A DNA stretch of 64,000 nucleotides from Candidatus Nomurabacteria bacterium (GCA_020639315.1 JACKGM010000002.1:286321-350320); one strand, 5' to 3'. Positions 19,401-27,845 are shown, counted from the stretch's first letter. Program-made: numbers and translations. The notes: generated from the letters alone by a model not told the origin.

Positions 19401-20235
19401 CGGTTGCAACAAAATATGTACTGCTAGGACTAATCCACTGTTCGGGTACCATATCAATTGGAACATTTGCCCACCCTGTAAAAGCCTGTACATACAACGG
19501 GGATGTAGGTGCTGCAGGGTTTGAAATATCGTATGAGACAATCTCAGTATCACTGATTAGGTATAGTAATTTACCATCATCACTAAAGCTTGAGTAACGA
19601 ATTGGGCTAGTAATCAATGCTCCAGGATTAACTGTGGCAACTGTTGTCTCGCTAATTAGGTCAATCACTTTTACATCCTTAACAGTCTCCTCTACGCTAT
19701 AACTATACCTACCAGTTGGATCTGTGCCCAACTGTTGCCAAGAAAATGTTGAAGTCGCTACCACGGTCTTTGTTCCAGTGAAACTTAATCCATCTGGTGA
19801 TAATTCGGCAATACCTGTATTACCACGACCAAATAAAGCTTTCTCCTCAAGCTCAACCGCCACTATACTATGATCCCCACAGACCATCTGGCTAGGACTT
19901 AGGGTATAGCTCCAATTACCAGTCGTGCCATCTGATTTGGTACTATATTCAAACTGTGGTCCAGCTGCGTTGGCTAAGTAATCGAGGGGGTTTGTAGTGT
20001 AATCTGTATCGAGGTAAAGGCGAATATAAGCATTGGGATGAGTGGCAGTACCAGTGATAGTCTGAGAGGTCAGATTACCACCATTGGTCGGACTAGTAAC
20101 CCCAGGCGATGCACTTGTATTGGCCACTTGGAAAAAATTACCGAAGCTAATTATTCCAGCAACTACTATTAGCCCGATCGTAATCAGACTAGTTAGCTTC
20201 TCCTTGCTTCTTTTTATACTTTTGATCTTGATCAC
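13438..20235 (-). CDS. giant LPXTG-anchored surface protein (2265 aa): N-terminal signal/TM, beta-propeller-like region, ~10 DUF11/CARDB-like repeats, ~25 Asp-rich thrombospondin type-3-like Ca-binding repeats
   Basis: Repeats are read in the translation (e.g. DTDGDGVPDYVE...GTDPNDPDDFL many times). The C-terminus reads LPKTGAG, a hydrophobic helix, then KSRQ, which is a sortase signal. Confidence 0.85.
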   Translation of the reverse strand: MIKIKSIKRSKEKLTSLITIGLIVVAGIISFGNFFQVANTSASPGVTSPTNGGNLTSQTITGTATHPNAYIRLYLDTDYTTNPLDYLANAAGPQFEYSTKSDGTTGNWSYTLSPSQMVCGDHSIVAVELEEKALFGRGNTGIAELSPDGLSFTGTKTVVATSTFSWQQLGTDPTGRYSYSVEETVKDVKVIDLISETTVATVNPGALITSPIRYSSFSDDGKLLYLISDTEIVSYDISNPAAPTSPLYVQAFTGWANVPIDMVPEQWISPSSTYFVATDGPYINDNTFEHYSVNATLPHTLVYSETTVRKYGNVAYSKVGNFAYAAFKTDDSIAGNDYDGVRIYLYDMTDPTAPVRTSAVYYGGGYLHSLVISPDGTRLLATNVQAPLGLDRRLLLFSIDNTTGALTLLNFISIDAETTNNPTVAGFVLTPTASDGSEVQTVNYSVPCDLTIDKTASANPQVGQIGTYSIVVSNAASSTGFFDNGAAITVTDAIPDSLTLNLPISPAGWSCNVVPGVGVNNLTCIYTGGSNLAPGASLPTISFGYTINRSAAPTLNNTASVSSVDEIAANTGNNSDSVSAQVRYNSIGSAVFADNNYNGLFDAGDNGIGGVGVELWLDDGNSTFDPNTDIFIDTATADPSGNYKIDYLANGNYFVLIPTSQFAAGQPLEGYTSTSGTNALTGPYEPVTYLDNTDNNDDGTNGVYGVVSGRVNLAYGSETASTGGWVSNYNQTVDFGMMVDLDLSLDKQVSSADNPIEFGSTIEYQITVTNPTDFNASNIVVEDVVPSELNVTNVTASSGSYSGSTWTIPSIAANSSATLTIQATVAQDGQIDNTATIQSADQLDTNQANNTDTVSFTVDLIRPDLAVEKTAVGSFVENSLGTYRIQVSNNTSSPGSPVGQVLATSPIVVTDSLDPGLSFDSWVSSTNWSCLVTGQDIECTYQNYPVLEGQALEPLEFKVLVDEAAAPEVANQVLVETESELGNTYSDNVDLVNTPVTILATDLVLNKSISASTPGPYSQNDQIQYVIDVTNQGSNPASMVIVRDAVPNGTSFVSANTNGYGSYDQATGVWDLGSLGTGSTATLNLLVRVDLSSGVVVNISDILSMHQTDTNLSNNYDSVYTVLNNASEVTDLSINKTFDTANSGYNSGNQLVYKLEVTNQGPLNATGVSVNDPLPAGLTLVGTQGDGSYNGTTWNLGTLAVNQTKTILVTTTIGAASGTTINNLAQINGFDQVDTNAVNNSDSIEFVVGVAPVVTDLGVYTNIDFASSTSDFSTGGMVVYIVNLENYGDQTANNIVVSDLLPAGLSFVSATPDTGSYNQATGDWSVSSLAAYSNTQLRITATINASLGQAVDNYGEITAVATNLVDPNSANDNDTIQFTVGTTPVLTDVAVIKNIDYPNSGAELATSQIITYQVVATNQTTQSATNLTIIDQLPAGLSFVSATTSSGSYDPVTGQWQFASLAANGQESLVITATINASLNSQLDNLAYLDSLDQIDIDYSNDSDGASFTVGVEPMLTDIAVFKTIDFDNSGFNQNDSLTYQIIVDNLGSIGATGLMINDDLPSGVSFVSANPSVGSYDSATGIWQIPSLASAATATLDITVNIDAANGQEVINSASLLGFDQDDNNYLNDNDLIAFTTGVVPVVTDLEVTKVIDDQDIRSNLQEGGQVVYKIVVNNIGDNDATSIVIKDSLPTGLTVADIQVTDGSFDQGSLTWSIPSLVTSAQAELILVADIGVNAGQFLTNYGYLDTIEQIDVGFRNNYDYVDFQVIEATDTDGDGVPDYVELQQGTDPNDPDDFLDTDGDGVPNYIEEQEGTDPYDSISYPDSDGDGVPDYVEIIDGTDPNNPDSFVDSDGDGVPDYVELQQGTDPNDPDDFLDTDGDGVPDYVEETEGTDPSDSNDFLDSDNDGISDYQELVDGTDPYNPNDPGDGPDTDGDGVPDSIEIQEGTDPNDPDDFLDTDGDGVPDYVEIQEGTNPNDPNDFLDSDQDGVPNSIEVVAGTNPYDSSSYPDNDGDEVPDYVEVSEGTDPSDPDDFLDTDGDGVPDYVEIQEGTDPSDPDSYPDTDGDLVPDYVEEEQGTDPSDPTDFLDTDGDGVPDYVEEQNGTNPDDPDDFVDENNNGIPDYQEGIDTDGDGVPDVVEQEQGTDPNDPDDFLDTDGDGVPDYVENQQGTDPNDPDDYLDTDGDGVPDYVEEQNGTNPTDSKSFVDKDGNGVPDYLEAKDSLIDKVKQLPKTGAGILTIILVAVAIASLVWLIGLKSRQEDYSKN

Positions 20236-20361
20236 CTCACCTCTCCTCTTTTACTTTTTATTTAAGCTATCATCCAAAAAGCACTACAAACCTTCTGAAC
20301 CAAACTTTTGCTTACTCTTACTATAATAAGCATAAAAATTTTACTCGTCAACCCCCACCCC

Positions 20362-20424
20362 TTTCAAGGGCACCCCTTGCGGTTTCGTATCTGTAAAGTC
20401 GGCGTTTTCAAGGGCACCCCTTGC
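20362..20424. repeat. two 19-bp direct repeats TTTCAAGGGCACCCCTTGC, each a small hairpin
   Basis: Copies at 20362-20380 and 20406-20424, located 130-190 nt upstream of the giant gene start and downstream of the nuclease gene. Confidence 0.6.
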
Positions 20425-20494
20425 AGAATATGGGGAAAGCCTTGTGTTTAAATTTGGCTACATTTGATGCTCAAAAACTACTACAGAAATCAGT

Positions 20495-21244
20495 CTAGTT
20501 GCAGCTGCCCCAAAGCCCAACTTGCTTATTCTGGGCAATCTGTTGATAGACAATAAACTGATCCATCTTCTCTGCCCCGTAGTCCGTAAAAGCATAGCCA
20601 AAACCTTGCTCAATCATCGTTTGATTGATCAATTCCTGACCCAGATAGACATAGCGCAATAAGCGACCGAATCGGTCCCGATCTCCTTGAGTCTGATCCT
20701 CTATAAGCTCGACCATTTGACCTTTGACCCGCTCAATCAAATAATCCTTTGCCTCCTGAGCATAGCAATCATTGCTTGATAGCTCTGGGGTATCCAGACC
20801 AACAAACCTCACGACCTCTACTTCTCCTCCATAATCGGCCTTGATTGTATCTCCATCTACTACTTCAATCACTAGGTGTAAAGTCTTATCAGTCGACTGC
20901 TGGGGTGGCTGGGGCTTTGAATTATCTACAACTAATTGGCTATCATCAGTATAGTCTTGTTCTTTTTTGGGTTGACTAGCGCTAGATGAGAGCTCGGTAT
21001 TATCTCTCGGCTGATTGTCACTTAAGAGATACTGAAAACTAACCTCACCTTGTAGGTATTGAAGCTCTGGATTATCAGCTGACGGATTTGCTACGACAGG
21101 GGTAGATACAGGTATATTTGTAGTAATAGTATCATCAGCTTCCCTGTTAATACTATTACCTGAATATGAGAATAAGACCAATAATCCCACTCCCAAAACA
21201 GCCCCACCAAGAGCCAGTCTCTGCTTACGTTCAAACTTGAGCAT
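20495..21244 (-). CDS. membrane-anchored thermonuclease (staphylococcal nuclease-like)
   Basis: N-terminal TM helix. The C-terminal domain has VVDGDTIKA...VRFVGLDTPE...DRFGRLLRYVY, typical of the SNase fold. Confidence 0.8.
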   Translation of the reverse strand: MLKFERKQRLALGGAVLGVGLLVLFSYSGNSINREADDTITTNIPVSTPVVANPSADNPELQYLQGEVSFQYLLSDNQPRDNTELSSSASQPKKEQDYTDDSQLVVDNSKPQPPQQSTDKTLHLVIEVVDGDTIKADYGGEVEVVRFVGLDTPELSSNDCYAQEAKDYLIERVKGQMVELIEDQTQGDRDRFGRLLRYVYLGQELINQTMIEQGFGYAFTDYGAEKMDQFIVYQQIAQNKQVGLWGSCN

Positions 21245-21305
21245 AATACTCCTTAAGTAGGCAATTAGCCTAAAAGATTTAATTAACCTTAGTCTAGCAA
21301 ATTAG

Positions 21306-21950
21306 CTAGGATAATCCAAGCATAAGAGATATCTCACTCAAGCTACCGACCTCTAAGATCCCCTCCGGTGTCGGGTCCTGAGAATAGTAATCCCCAGTCC
21401 TACGAATCCTAATCTGTACTAGCCCTGCTAGAGGGTCTGTGATAAAAAATTCTACTCGATTGTCCAGGTAATAAATATTTTGATAATCTTTACCTCGAAA
21501 CCTCAGTCCTTTTCCCTGACCGGCGCTAGTGAGCTCTATCAACTGACGACTCTTAGCAGCCTCAGTCTGTAAAAGATCCAGACAAGACAAGGAGCTAGTA
21601 AGATTTATCTTAAATCGTTGAAAGCGATCTGAACCTAGAGTAAATATTGTCTGATCATCATCGCCAATACTTACTAAGAAATCAGCTACATCTGGATATT
21701 GATAGTCATGACCCTTAAAGAATTCTTCAGCCTTCGCTCTAATAGTAGCTTCATCGATATCAAAATATTTGTCCAAATGACTAAAAAGGTCGTAGCTACC
21801 ATATTGATTCTTGCTTTGCTGGTAAGTAGCAAGAAATTGATCCCGATCTACTCCTACATTGCCAGCGAAGCATTCAAGGCTGGCCTTGAATGCTTCCGAG
21901 TCAAACAATGTACCATCAAAGTCTAAAAGCCATAGATTGTTAAGTTTCAT
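21306..21950 (-). CDS. HAD-superfamily hydrolase-like protein
   Basis: N-terminal LWLLDFDGTLFDS (the DxDxT motif I). Overlaps the upstream gene by 4 nt. Confidence 0.55.
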   Translation of the reverse strand: MKLNNLWLLDFDGTLFDSEAFKASLECFAGNVGVDRDQFLATYQQSKNQYGSYDLFSHLDKYFDIDEATIRAKAEEFFKGHDYQYPDVADFLVSIGDDDQTIFTLGSDRFQRFKINLTSSLSCLDLLQTEAAKSRQLIELTSAGQGKGLRFRGKDYQNIYYLDNRVEFFITDPLAGLVQIRIRRTGDYYSQDPTPEGILEVGSLSEISLMLGLS

Positions 21951-24454
21951 ACTATTTTAATATCATTGATCTTGATTAACTTCAACCTCAAAAAGCTTAT
22001 TATCCCAATCACCCCTCGATATCCAGCCTTTGCTATCAGGGCATTCAACTGATTGGTCATAGTAAGTCCTACTACAAACATTACTAACCCCAAGTAAAAT
22101 ACCCACCAAGCCTTAGACCCAGCATCTGGCAATGATGATACTTGACTGAGCTGACTAGTCTGACTGACACTCTGCTGATTATTATCACTAGCCTGGGTGC
22201 TCAAACTACTCTCGATAGCAGAAGCTTGGCTAATAGTATTACTAGCCTCAGTAATAGTGTTAGACTGACTAGCACTAGTACTAGTAGAGCTATTAGCGCT
22301 ATCACTAGACTGGCTACTTGAGCTATTTGTACTGGAATCAAGACTAGAATTATTGGTATTACTAGTCTGGTTACTAGGTTGGTAATCGGTAATATATACG
22401 CTGGCTGTATCGAAGTTATTAACGGTATTTGTTTCTGTCTTATTTGAAATAACACTAGCCTTGTTGACAAAACTTGCAGCCGCTACCTCAATATCGGCTT
22501 TGATTGTTAGCTCTATATACCTACCAGGCTCCAAGCTTGCTTGATTAAGGGAGACAGAAATCTGACTATCTCCGATCAACTCCACCTGACAATGACTCTG
22601 GCTAATCCCAGGTGGCAAACTACAACTGATATTGGCCGTACTAGTAACCAACCCTGGAGGTAAGTTGTCGGTAATCCTTATCTGATCTATGCCCGTATCC
22701 CCAATATTGGTTACCCTAATCTTATAGACAATATCTTCGCTCTTGAGATAAGTTGACTTATCAGAATCTTTTGAGAGTGATAGGTCATAGTTTGGAACTT
22801 CCGTTATTGGACACCTGTAGCTAAAATTTGTAGTAATATTATCTATATTGTATCTGTAGATGCCTGCTACTGGGCTGGCATTACTGGTGATGAGATTTGA
22901 TACACTACCGATACTCTCTGGTATAGAACCAGTCAAATCAAAAGCTTCTAAACTACCAAGTCGGAGACTGGAAGTAGACTCCTTAAGATTGCCCAAATAA
23001 AGATATTTACCATTGGTACTAGTATACAGAGTATAGAGATACCTATTACTACTAAAGTCTGCCTGAGAGAAAACAGCAGAATCAACCTTGTAAATCCCTC
23101 CAGTCTGAAGGTTATAAAAGCTAACAAATGGTATATCTGTAGGATCCTGATCATCATACCCCAAATAAGCCACCCAATCACTAGCATAAGAGTTCACCGA
23201 TCCTATACTAAAATGTGAGCTATGAACCGCAAAATTGGTAGCCGAGAGCAAAGAGAGGTCATTAGGGTTGTGTTTACCAAGATACATTTGATCTGGATTA
23301 TTCAAGTCGATATAGAAGGTATCGACTTGATCACTGTACGGATTATAAAATAAGCTGACCAGGTAGCCATTCCCAGCCGAACCAACTGCAAGTGAACTAA
23401 CCAAATTCATTGTCTTGGTGTCGATCGCCTGAATATAAGACTGATTGCCTCCATCGTCTACAAGCGATAGATAAAGCCTATCTCCGTTATTAGACACCCC
23501 TAGCTCTCCATTTACATAATAGGCATAGCTGGGGTATAAGTTGTCCAGCTGATAACTACCAACCAAACTATAATTTGTAGTATCTGCCTTATCAATCAAG
23601 TACTGATTTGACGGTGAATCATAGTCATAGTAATAGATAAAATCTCCATCAGGGGATATACCGATATCATAGCTATAATTGACCTGATCAGGGCCACGAT
23701 CAAGGCTAATCTGATCCACGACATCAGCGGTATCGTAATCTATCACTAATAGCTCTGCCTGACCATTAGTGGTATTCTCCGTAAATAGATACAACTTTGA
23801 TCCATCTGGAGACAGCGGAGGGTAGCTTCTACCATAAGTATATGTATAGTTGCTCTGTATGTAACCTGCAGGCAATACCCTATCTGAGCCAAGATCGACG
23901 GGATTGGACAAAGTCTGAGTAGTCATATCAATATATCTTAGCTCTGCCCCACTACCTGTACTATTCACCAAGTAAATCCTATCACTTCCAGGGTAGCTAA
24001 ACCCTTGGCTATAATCTTGGTATCCTGTGAGGCTCAGATTTGACTGGCTGAGGCTGATAGGATCTTCAAATGCTTGCCCAATCAAATTCTGTCCATTCAT
24101 TTGATATATCTGATCTCCATACTCAGTAGCACTGAATAGTTGTTGAGAACTAGAGCAAACTAGCTGTTGGTTAGCTGGTAAAGTGTAGCTCCAGTCGCCC
24201 TGTGCGTCTGGTTCTACTGTAGTAATATATTGACCATTGATCGCAAGCTCAACTGTATTGCCTACTTCTGCCTTGCCACGAAAGGTCGGCTGACTAGTGT
24301 CAAAGTTCTGGCTAGATATGGGGTTGGTAACTGCCACCGCCTGAGCTTGCTTGACAGTTTGATAATCATATATCAGCCCCAAAATCAAAAGAACCCCACC
24401 TAGTATCAATAGACTAAGTGAGATCCGATTTTGATTTTGTTTACTTCTGATCAT
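21947..24454 (-). CDS. surface protein (835 aa): N-terminal TM, beta-propeller-like repeats, DUF11-like domain, Ser-rich stalk, LPDAG-type C-terminal anchor
   Basis: Domain pattern read from the translation. The C-terminus reads SSLPDAGSKAWWVFYLGLVMFVVGL. Confidence 0.65.
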   Translation of the reverse strand: MIRSKQNQNRISLSLLILGGVLLILGLIYDYQTVKQAQAVAVTNPISSQNFDTSQPTFRGKAEVGNTVELAINGQYITTVEPDAQGDWSYTLPANQQLVCSSSQQLFSATEYGDQIYQMNGQNLIGQAFEDPISLSQSNLSLTGYQDYSQGFSYPGSDRIYLVNSTGSGAELRYIDMTTQTLSNPVDLGSDRVLPAGYIQSNYTYTYGRSYPPLSPDGSKLYLFTENTTNGQAELLVIDYDTADVVDQISLDRGPDQVNYSYDIGISPDGDFIYYYDYDSPSNQYLIDKADTTNYSLVGSYQLDNLYPSYAYYVNGELGVSNNGDRLYLSLVDDGGNQSYIQAIDTKTMNLVSSLAVGSAGNGYLVSLFYNPYSDQVDTFYIDLNNPDQMYLGKHNPNDLSLLSATNFAVHSSHFSIGSVNSYASDWVAYLGYDDQDPTDIPFVSFYNLQTGGIYKVDSAVFSQADFSSNRYLYTLYTSTNGKYLYLGNLKESTSSLRLGSLEAFDLTGSIPESIGSVSNLITSNASPVAGIYRYNIDNITTNFSYRCPITEVPNYDLSLSKDSDKSTYLKSEDIVYKIRVTNIGDTGIDQIRITDNLPPGLVTSTANISCSLPPGISQSHCQVELIGDSQISVSLNQASLEPGRYIELTIKADIEVAAASFVNKASVISNKTETNTVNNFDTASVYITDYQPSNQTSNTNNSSLDSSTNSSSSQSSDSANSSTSTSASQSNTITEASNTISQASAIESSLSTQASDNNQQSVSQTSQLSQVSSLPDAGSKAWWVFYLGLVMFVVGLTMTNQLNALIAKAGYRGVIGIISFLRLKLIKINDIKIV

Positions 24455-24547
24455 TTTTAATTTTAGTTTTATTTATTATTTAGCAACTAACTCCTTAAGT
24501 TTATCATAGACTAACCCCAAAAGCCACAGCTAACGCCCTTGTGCTTT

Positions 24548-24612
24548 TGCGGGGTCTGACCCCGCACTTGACCCTTTTAACAGATATAAACTTGCGGGGT
24601 CTGACCCCGCAA
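24548..24612. repeat. REPIN-like doublet R4
   Basis: TTGCGGGGTCTGACCCCGCA...AACAGATATAAA...TTGCGGGGTCTGACCCCGCAA. The outer stem bases changed in a compensatory way relative to the other copies. Confidence 0.85.
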
Positions 24613-24625
24613 TGGGTTTTTTGGA

Positions 24626-25651
24626 TCAATCTTCGCTAGAGTTTTGAGGCAATAAAGCTCGAGAATTACCGATCTGGATAGCTAGCTTATCATGATCTTT
24701 GATTGATGACTCAAAAGCTCGCTGAGCGTTACCAAGGTGCTTCCCTGTCAACTGTAAATTGTCCCCGAGCTTACCTGACTGCGTAGCAATTGCCGAAATC
24801 GAAGCAATAATCTGCTTGGCCTTCTCTTCTATCTTCTCTCCCTCCATAGCTAGTAGTACCGTTTGCAAAAAATAATAAAATGAGTTTGGTGACACCATAA
24901 ATACTCTCTGGTCCACCCCATATTGCTGCAAATCAGTATCACTCAAAATATGATAATAAATGTTTTCACTGGGAATATACATCATGGCAAAATCAACAGT
25001 CCCCTCATCAGGTAGGATATACTTTTTGGATATTGAACGGATATGCACTTTGACGTCTTTAGCAAAATCTTTCAAGCTCTGCCCCGAATCTCCAGAATCA
25101 GCCTTCATAGCCTTAGTAAAGTTTTCCAAAGGAAATTTGCTATCAATCGGGATTAATCCATTCTTGGTCCTGATCACTGCATCGACTTTGACCCCCGAAC
25201 GAAATCCGTATTGCAAACTAAAGCTCCTCAAGGGCAACATTTGCGTCAAAAGGTCTTTCATCACCTGCTCACCAATATTACCTCGCAGCTTTGGTGACCT
25301 CAAGAAGTCTTGCAATTCCTTCATATTGCGACCAATCTCACTAAACTTGCCGACTTCTCTACTCAGATCCGAGTAAGCTTTAGCAGCATTGTTAAGCCGA
25401 TCTTGCATTTGACGCTGATTATCTGCTATCGAACGGTTGATATTGTCCAAATCAGCCTTCAATAGATTGACGGTACTATCATTTCTAATCTGTTCTCTTA
25501 ATACCTCGATTGACTTGGATTGAAAAATCATCTGCCTCAACACCAACCCAACTATCCCGATCAAAACCACAATCAAGGCCAATACCAAAATCTCCATCTG
25601 CTTATTATAAATCATAAGCATTATTCCCCCAAATATTAACCCTGTTGCCAT
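24626..25651 (-). CDS. rmuC: DNA recombination protein RmuC
   Basis: N-terminal TM, coiled coil and C-terminal RmuC-type domain (AMMYIPSENIYY, VSPNSFYYFL). The first 14 nt of the track ORF lie inside the MITE-B TIR, so the true start is probably an internal Met (25621 to 25597). Confidence 0.8.
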   Translation of the reverse strand: MATGLIFGGIMLMIYNKQMEILVLALIVVLIGIVGLVLRQMIFQSKSIEVLREQIRNDSTVNLLKADLDNINRSIADNQRQMQDRLNNAAKAYSDLSREVGKFSEIGRNMKELQDFLRSPKLRGNIGEQVMKDLLTQMLPLRSFSLQYGFRSGVKVDAVIRTKNGLIPIDSKFPLENFTKAMKADSGDSGQSLKDFAKDVKVHIRSISKKYILPDEGTVDFAMMYIPSENIYYHILSDTDLQQYGVDQRVFMVSPNSFYYFLQTVLLAMEGEKIEEKAKQIIASISAIATQSGKLGDNLQLTGKHLGNAQRAFESSIKDHDKLAIQIGNSRALLPQNSSED

Positions 25652-25798
25652 ATAACCTCACGGCTTCAAAACTGCCATTTTTGCCCCAGACTAGCAAAAC
25701 ACTTCGCAGCGTAACTCCTGTTGTGCTTTGTCGTGTTTTGCTAGTCTGGAATAAAAATCATCAGCTTTGACCTCGCAAGTTTATATGGCAACAGGGTT
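25638..25798. mobile_element. MITE-B copy (161 bp, reverse orientation) between divergent rmuC and tyrS
   Basis: Same TIRs as the other copies. ATT/ATT TSD at 25635-25637 and 25799-25801. Confidence 0.85.
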
Positions 25799-25838
25799 AT
25801 TGAAAGAAACCTCATCAGATGATAAGCTTATATCAGAT

Positions 25839-27050
25839 ATGACAAAAGTAGTTTTAGATCCAGACAAGATTGACCAAGCTTTGACTCGTTCGGTGGCAGA
25901 AATATTACCAACTCCAGAGGGACTCAAGCAACAGCTAACTAGCGGTCGACGACTAACCTTTTACCTTGGAATTGACCCGACAGCTGACTATATCCATTTG
26001 GGGCACTCGACCAATTATCTGATGCTAGAAAGGTTTCACCAGCTCGGTCACAAGATTATTGTTCTGATCGGTGATTTCACTGCAATGATTGGAGATCCTA
26101 GTGACAAGAGCTCGATGCGGGTTCAACTGACCAAGGAGCAAGTCTTAAAAAACCTCAAGACCTTCAAGTCCCAGATTGGCAAAATCCTAGACTTTGAATC
26201 TACAGACAACCCGATAGAGTTCAAATTCAATTCCGAGTGGCTTTCCAAGCTAACCTTCGAAGACTCAGTGGAATTGGCTTCAAACTTCACAGTCCAACAA
26301 ATGCTGGAGCGAGACTCCTTTGCCAAAAGAATATCTGAAAATAAGCCCCTATTTGTCCATGAGTTTTTCTATCCCTTGATGCAAGGTTATGATTCGGTAG
26401 CAATGGACGTCGATGTAGAGATCGGAGGGACTGATCAGACCTTTAATATGTTGGCTGGCCGCACTCTGCTCAAACGCTATAAATCCAAAGAAAAATACAT
26501 CATAGCCTCTACCCTACTGGTCAACCCAGAGACTGGCGAAAAGTTGATGAGCAAGAGCCTGGGGACAGGGGTCGGGCTAGATTTACCTGCCAAGGAAATG
26601 TACTTTAAAATCATGCAGTTGCCAGATGCGGGTATCATCCAATGCTTTATTGACTGCACCCGGCTGAGTCTAGATCAGATTGGTCAAATCGAGCTCAGAC
26701 TTCAATCTGGGGTTAACCCGCGTGATATCAAACAGGAATTAGCAACTGAGATTGTCACAATGTATCACAGTGCCAAACAGGCTGAACAGGCTCAAGCTGA
26801 GTGGACATCTGAAGTCAGCCAAGGCAATATCGCAAAAGACATTCGCAATATCCAGCTCGGTCCCAATGAATCACTGACAGAAGTAATAGTTAGGGTTGGG
26901 ATAGCAGGTAGTAAGAGCGAGGTTCGTCGACTATTAGCCCAGGGGGGGATCAAGGTTGATCAAAATAAAATTGGTTCAGACCTGACAAAGCTTGAGGATG
27001 GATCAATAGTCCAAGTCGGCAAGAAACATGCTTTTAGAATCGTGTTGTAG
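25839..27050 (+). CDS. tyrS: tyrosyl-tRNA synthetase
   Basis: YLGIDPTADYIHLGH (HIGH region), KLMSKSLG (KMSKS-type) and a C-terminal S4-like domain. The start is placed at MTKVVLDPDK because the track start (TTG 25767) and ATG 25785 lie inside MITE-B. Confidence 0.9.
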   Translation: MTKVVLDPDKIDQALTRSVAEILPTPEGLKQQLTSGRRLTFYLGIDPTADYIHLGHSTNYLMLERFHQLGHKIIVLIGDFTAMIGDPSDKSSMRVQLTKEQVLKNLKTFKSQIGKILDFESTDNPIEFKFNSEWLSKLTFEDSVELASNFTVQQMLERDSFAKRISENKPLFVHEFFYPLMQGYDSVAMDVDVEIGGTDQTFNMLAGRTLLKRYKSKEKYIIASTLLVNPETGEKLMSKSLGTGVGLDLPAKEMYFKIMQLPDAGIIQCFIDCTRLSLDQIGQIELRLQSGVNPRDIKQELATEIVTMYHSAKQAEQAQAEWTSEVSQGNIAKDIRNIQLGPNESLTEVIVRVGIAGSKSEVRRLLAQGGIKVDQNKIGSDLTKLEDGSIVQVGKKHAFRIVL

Positions 27051-27845
27051 CCTTATCGCATGATCGCTATCGGGTGAATTACTGCTATTATCAATAATCC
27101 CGTGCAGGTTAATCGTAATAATACTTACAATGATTGCCCCAATAATCAACATCAAAGACTGCCACCCTGCGACCTTTCTATCCTCCCCTGAGTGAATCTC
27201 GGGAATAATGTCGCTAACCGCAATATAGATAAAAAATCCTGCCACCAACCCAAGCACCGCACCGAGAGAAACCTCAACCGACTGCCCTAGCTGGAAAAAC
27301 ACTACCGCTGCTATAGTCGTAGCTAAAGCGCTCAATATATTGACCCAAACCACCTTGGTCCTACTAAGACCTTTGTGTAAAAGTAGACCAAAGTCCCCAA
27401 TCTCCTGAGGTATCTCATGGGTAGCTACTGCCAAAGTGACAACCACCCCCGTCTCTGGACTGACCAAAAATCCAGCCGCGATTGCAATCCCATCAATAAA
27501 ATTATGGAGGCTATCTCCGATAATTACCAAGGCTACCGTAGGGTCTGTATGCTGATCCTGATGTGGATGATGGTGATGAAACCAGTGAATAAACCTTTCC
27601 AGTATAAAAAAGGTTAAGATTCCGATCATAGTAAAGCTAAGAGCTGTATCTATATCTCCTTCATGAGCAGCTTCGGGTAGCAAATCGACAAAGGCCGCTG
27701 CGATCAACGCTCCAGCTGCAAATGGAGTAGCGTAAGTGGTGAGCAAGCTTGCCCGCTTTTTACTAGCAATCAACAGCATCCCACCGACCAGTGAGAAAAT
27801 CCCACCGACCAGTGAGAAAAATATTACCTGCCATAAAGTTGCCAT
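27003..27845 (-). CDS. ZIP-family divalent metal transporter (ZupT-like)
   Basis: HNFIDGIAIAAGF and HEIPQEIGDFGLL signature helices, plus a His-rich loop HHHHPHQDQH. The 3' end overlaps tyrS convergently. Confidence 0.85.
   Translation of the reverse strand: MATLWQVIFFSLVGGIFSLVGGMLLIASKKRASLLTTYATPFAAGALIAAAFVDLLPEAAHEGDIDTALSFTMIGILTFFILERFIHWFHHHHPHQDQHTDPTVALVIIGDSLHNFIDGIAIAAGFLVSPETGVVVTLAVATHEIPQEIGDFGLLLHKGLSRTKVVWVNILSALATTIAAVVFFQLGQSVEVSLGAVLGLVAGFFIYIAVSDIIPEIHSGEDRKVAGWQSLMLIIGAIIVSIITINLHGIIDNSSNSPDSDHAIRLQHDSKSMFLADLDY

Noticed and set aside
25651-25838. N-terminal extensions of rmuC (MATGLIFGG...) and tyrS (MTSQVYMATGLL...) given by the ORF track
   Set aside because: The extensions are encoded by the MITE-B terminal repeats (and a TTG start). 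Conserved protein cores begin at downstream Met codons.
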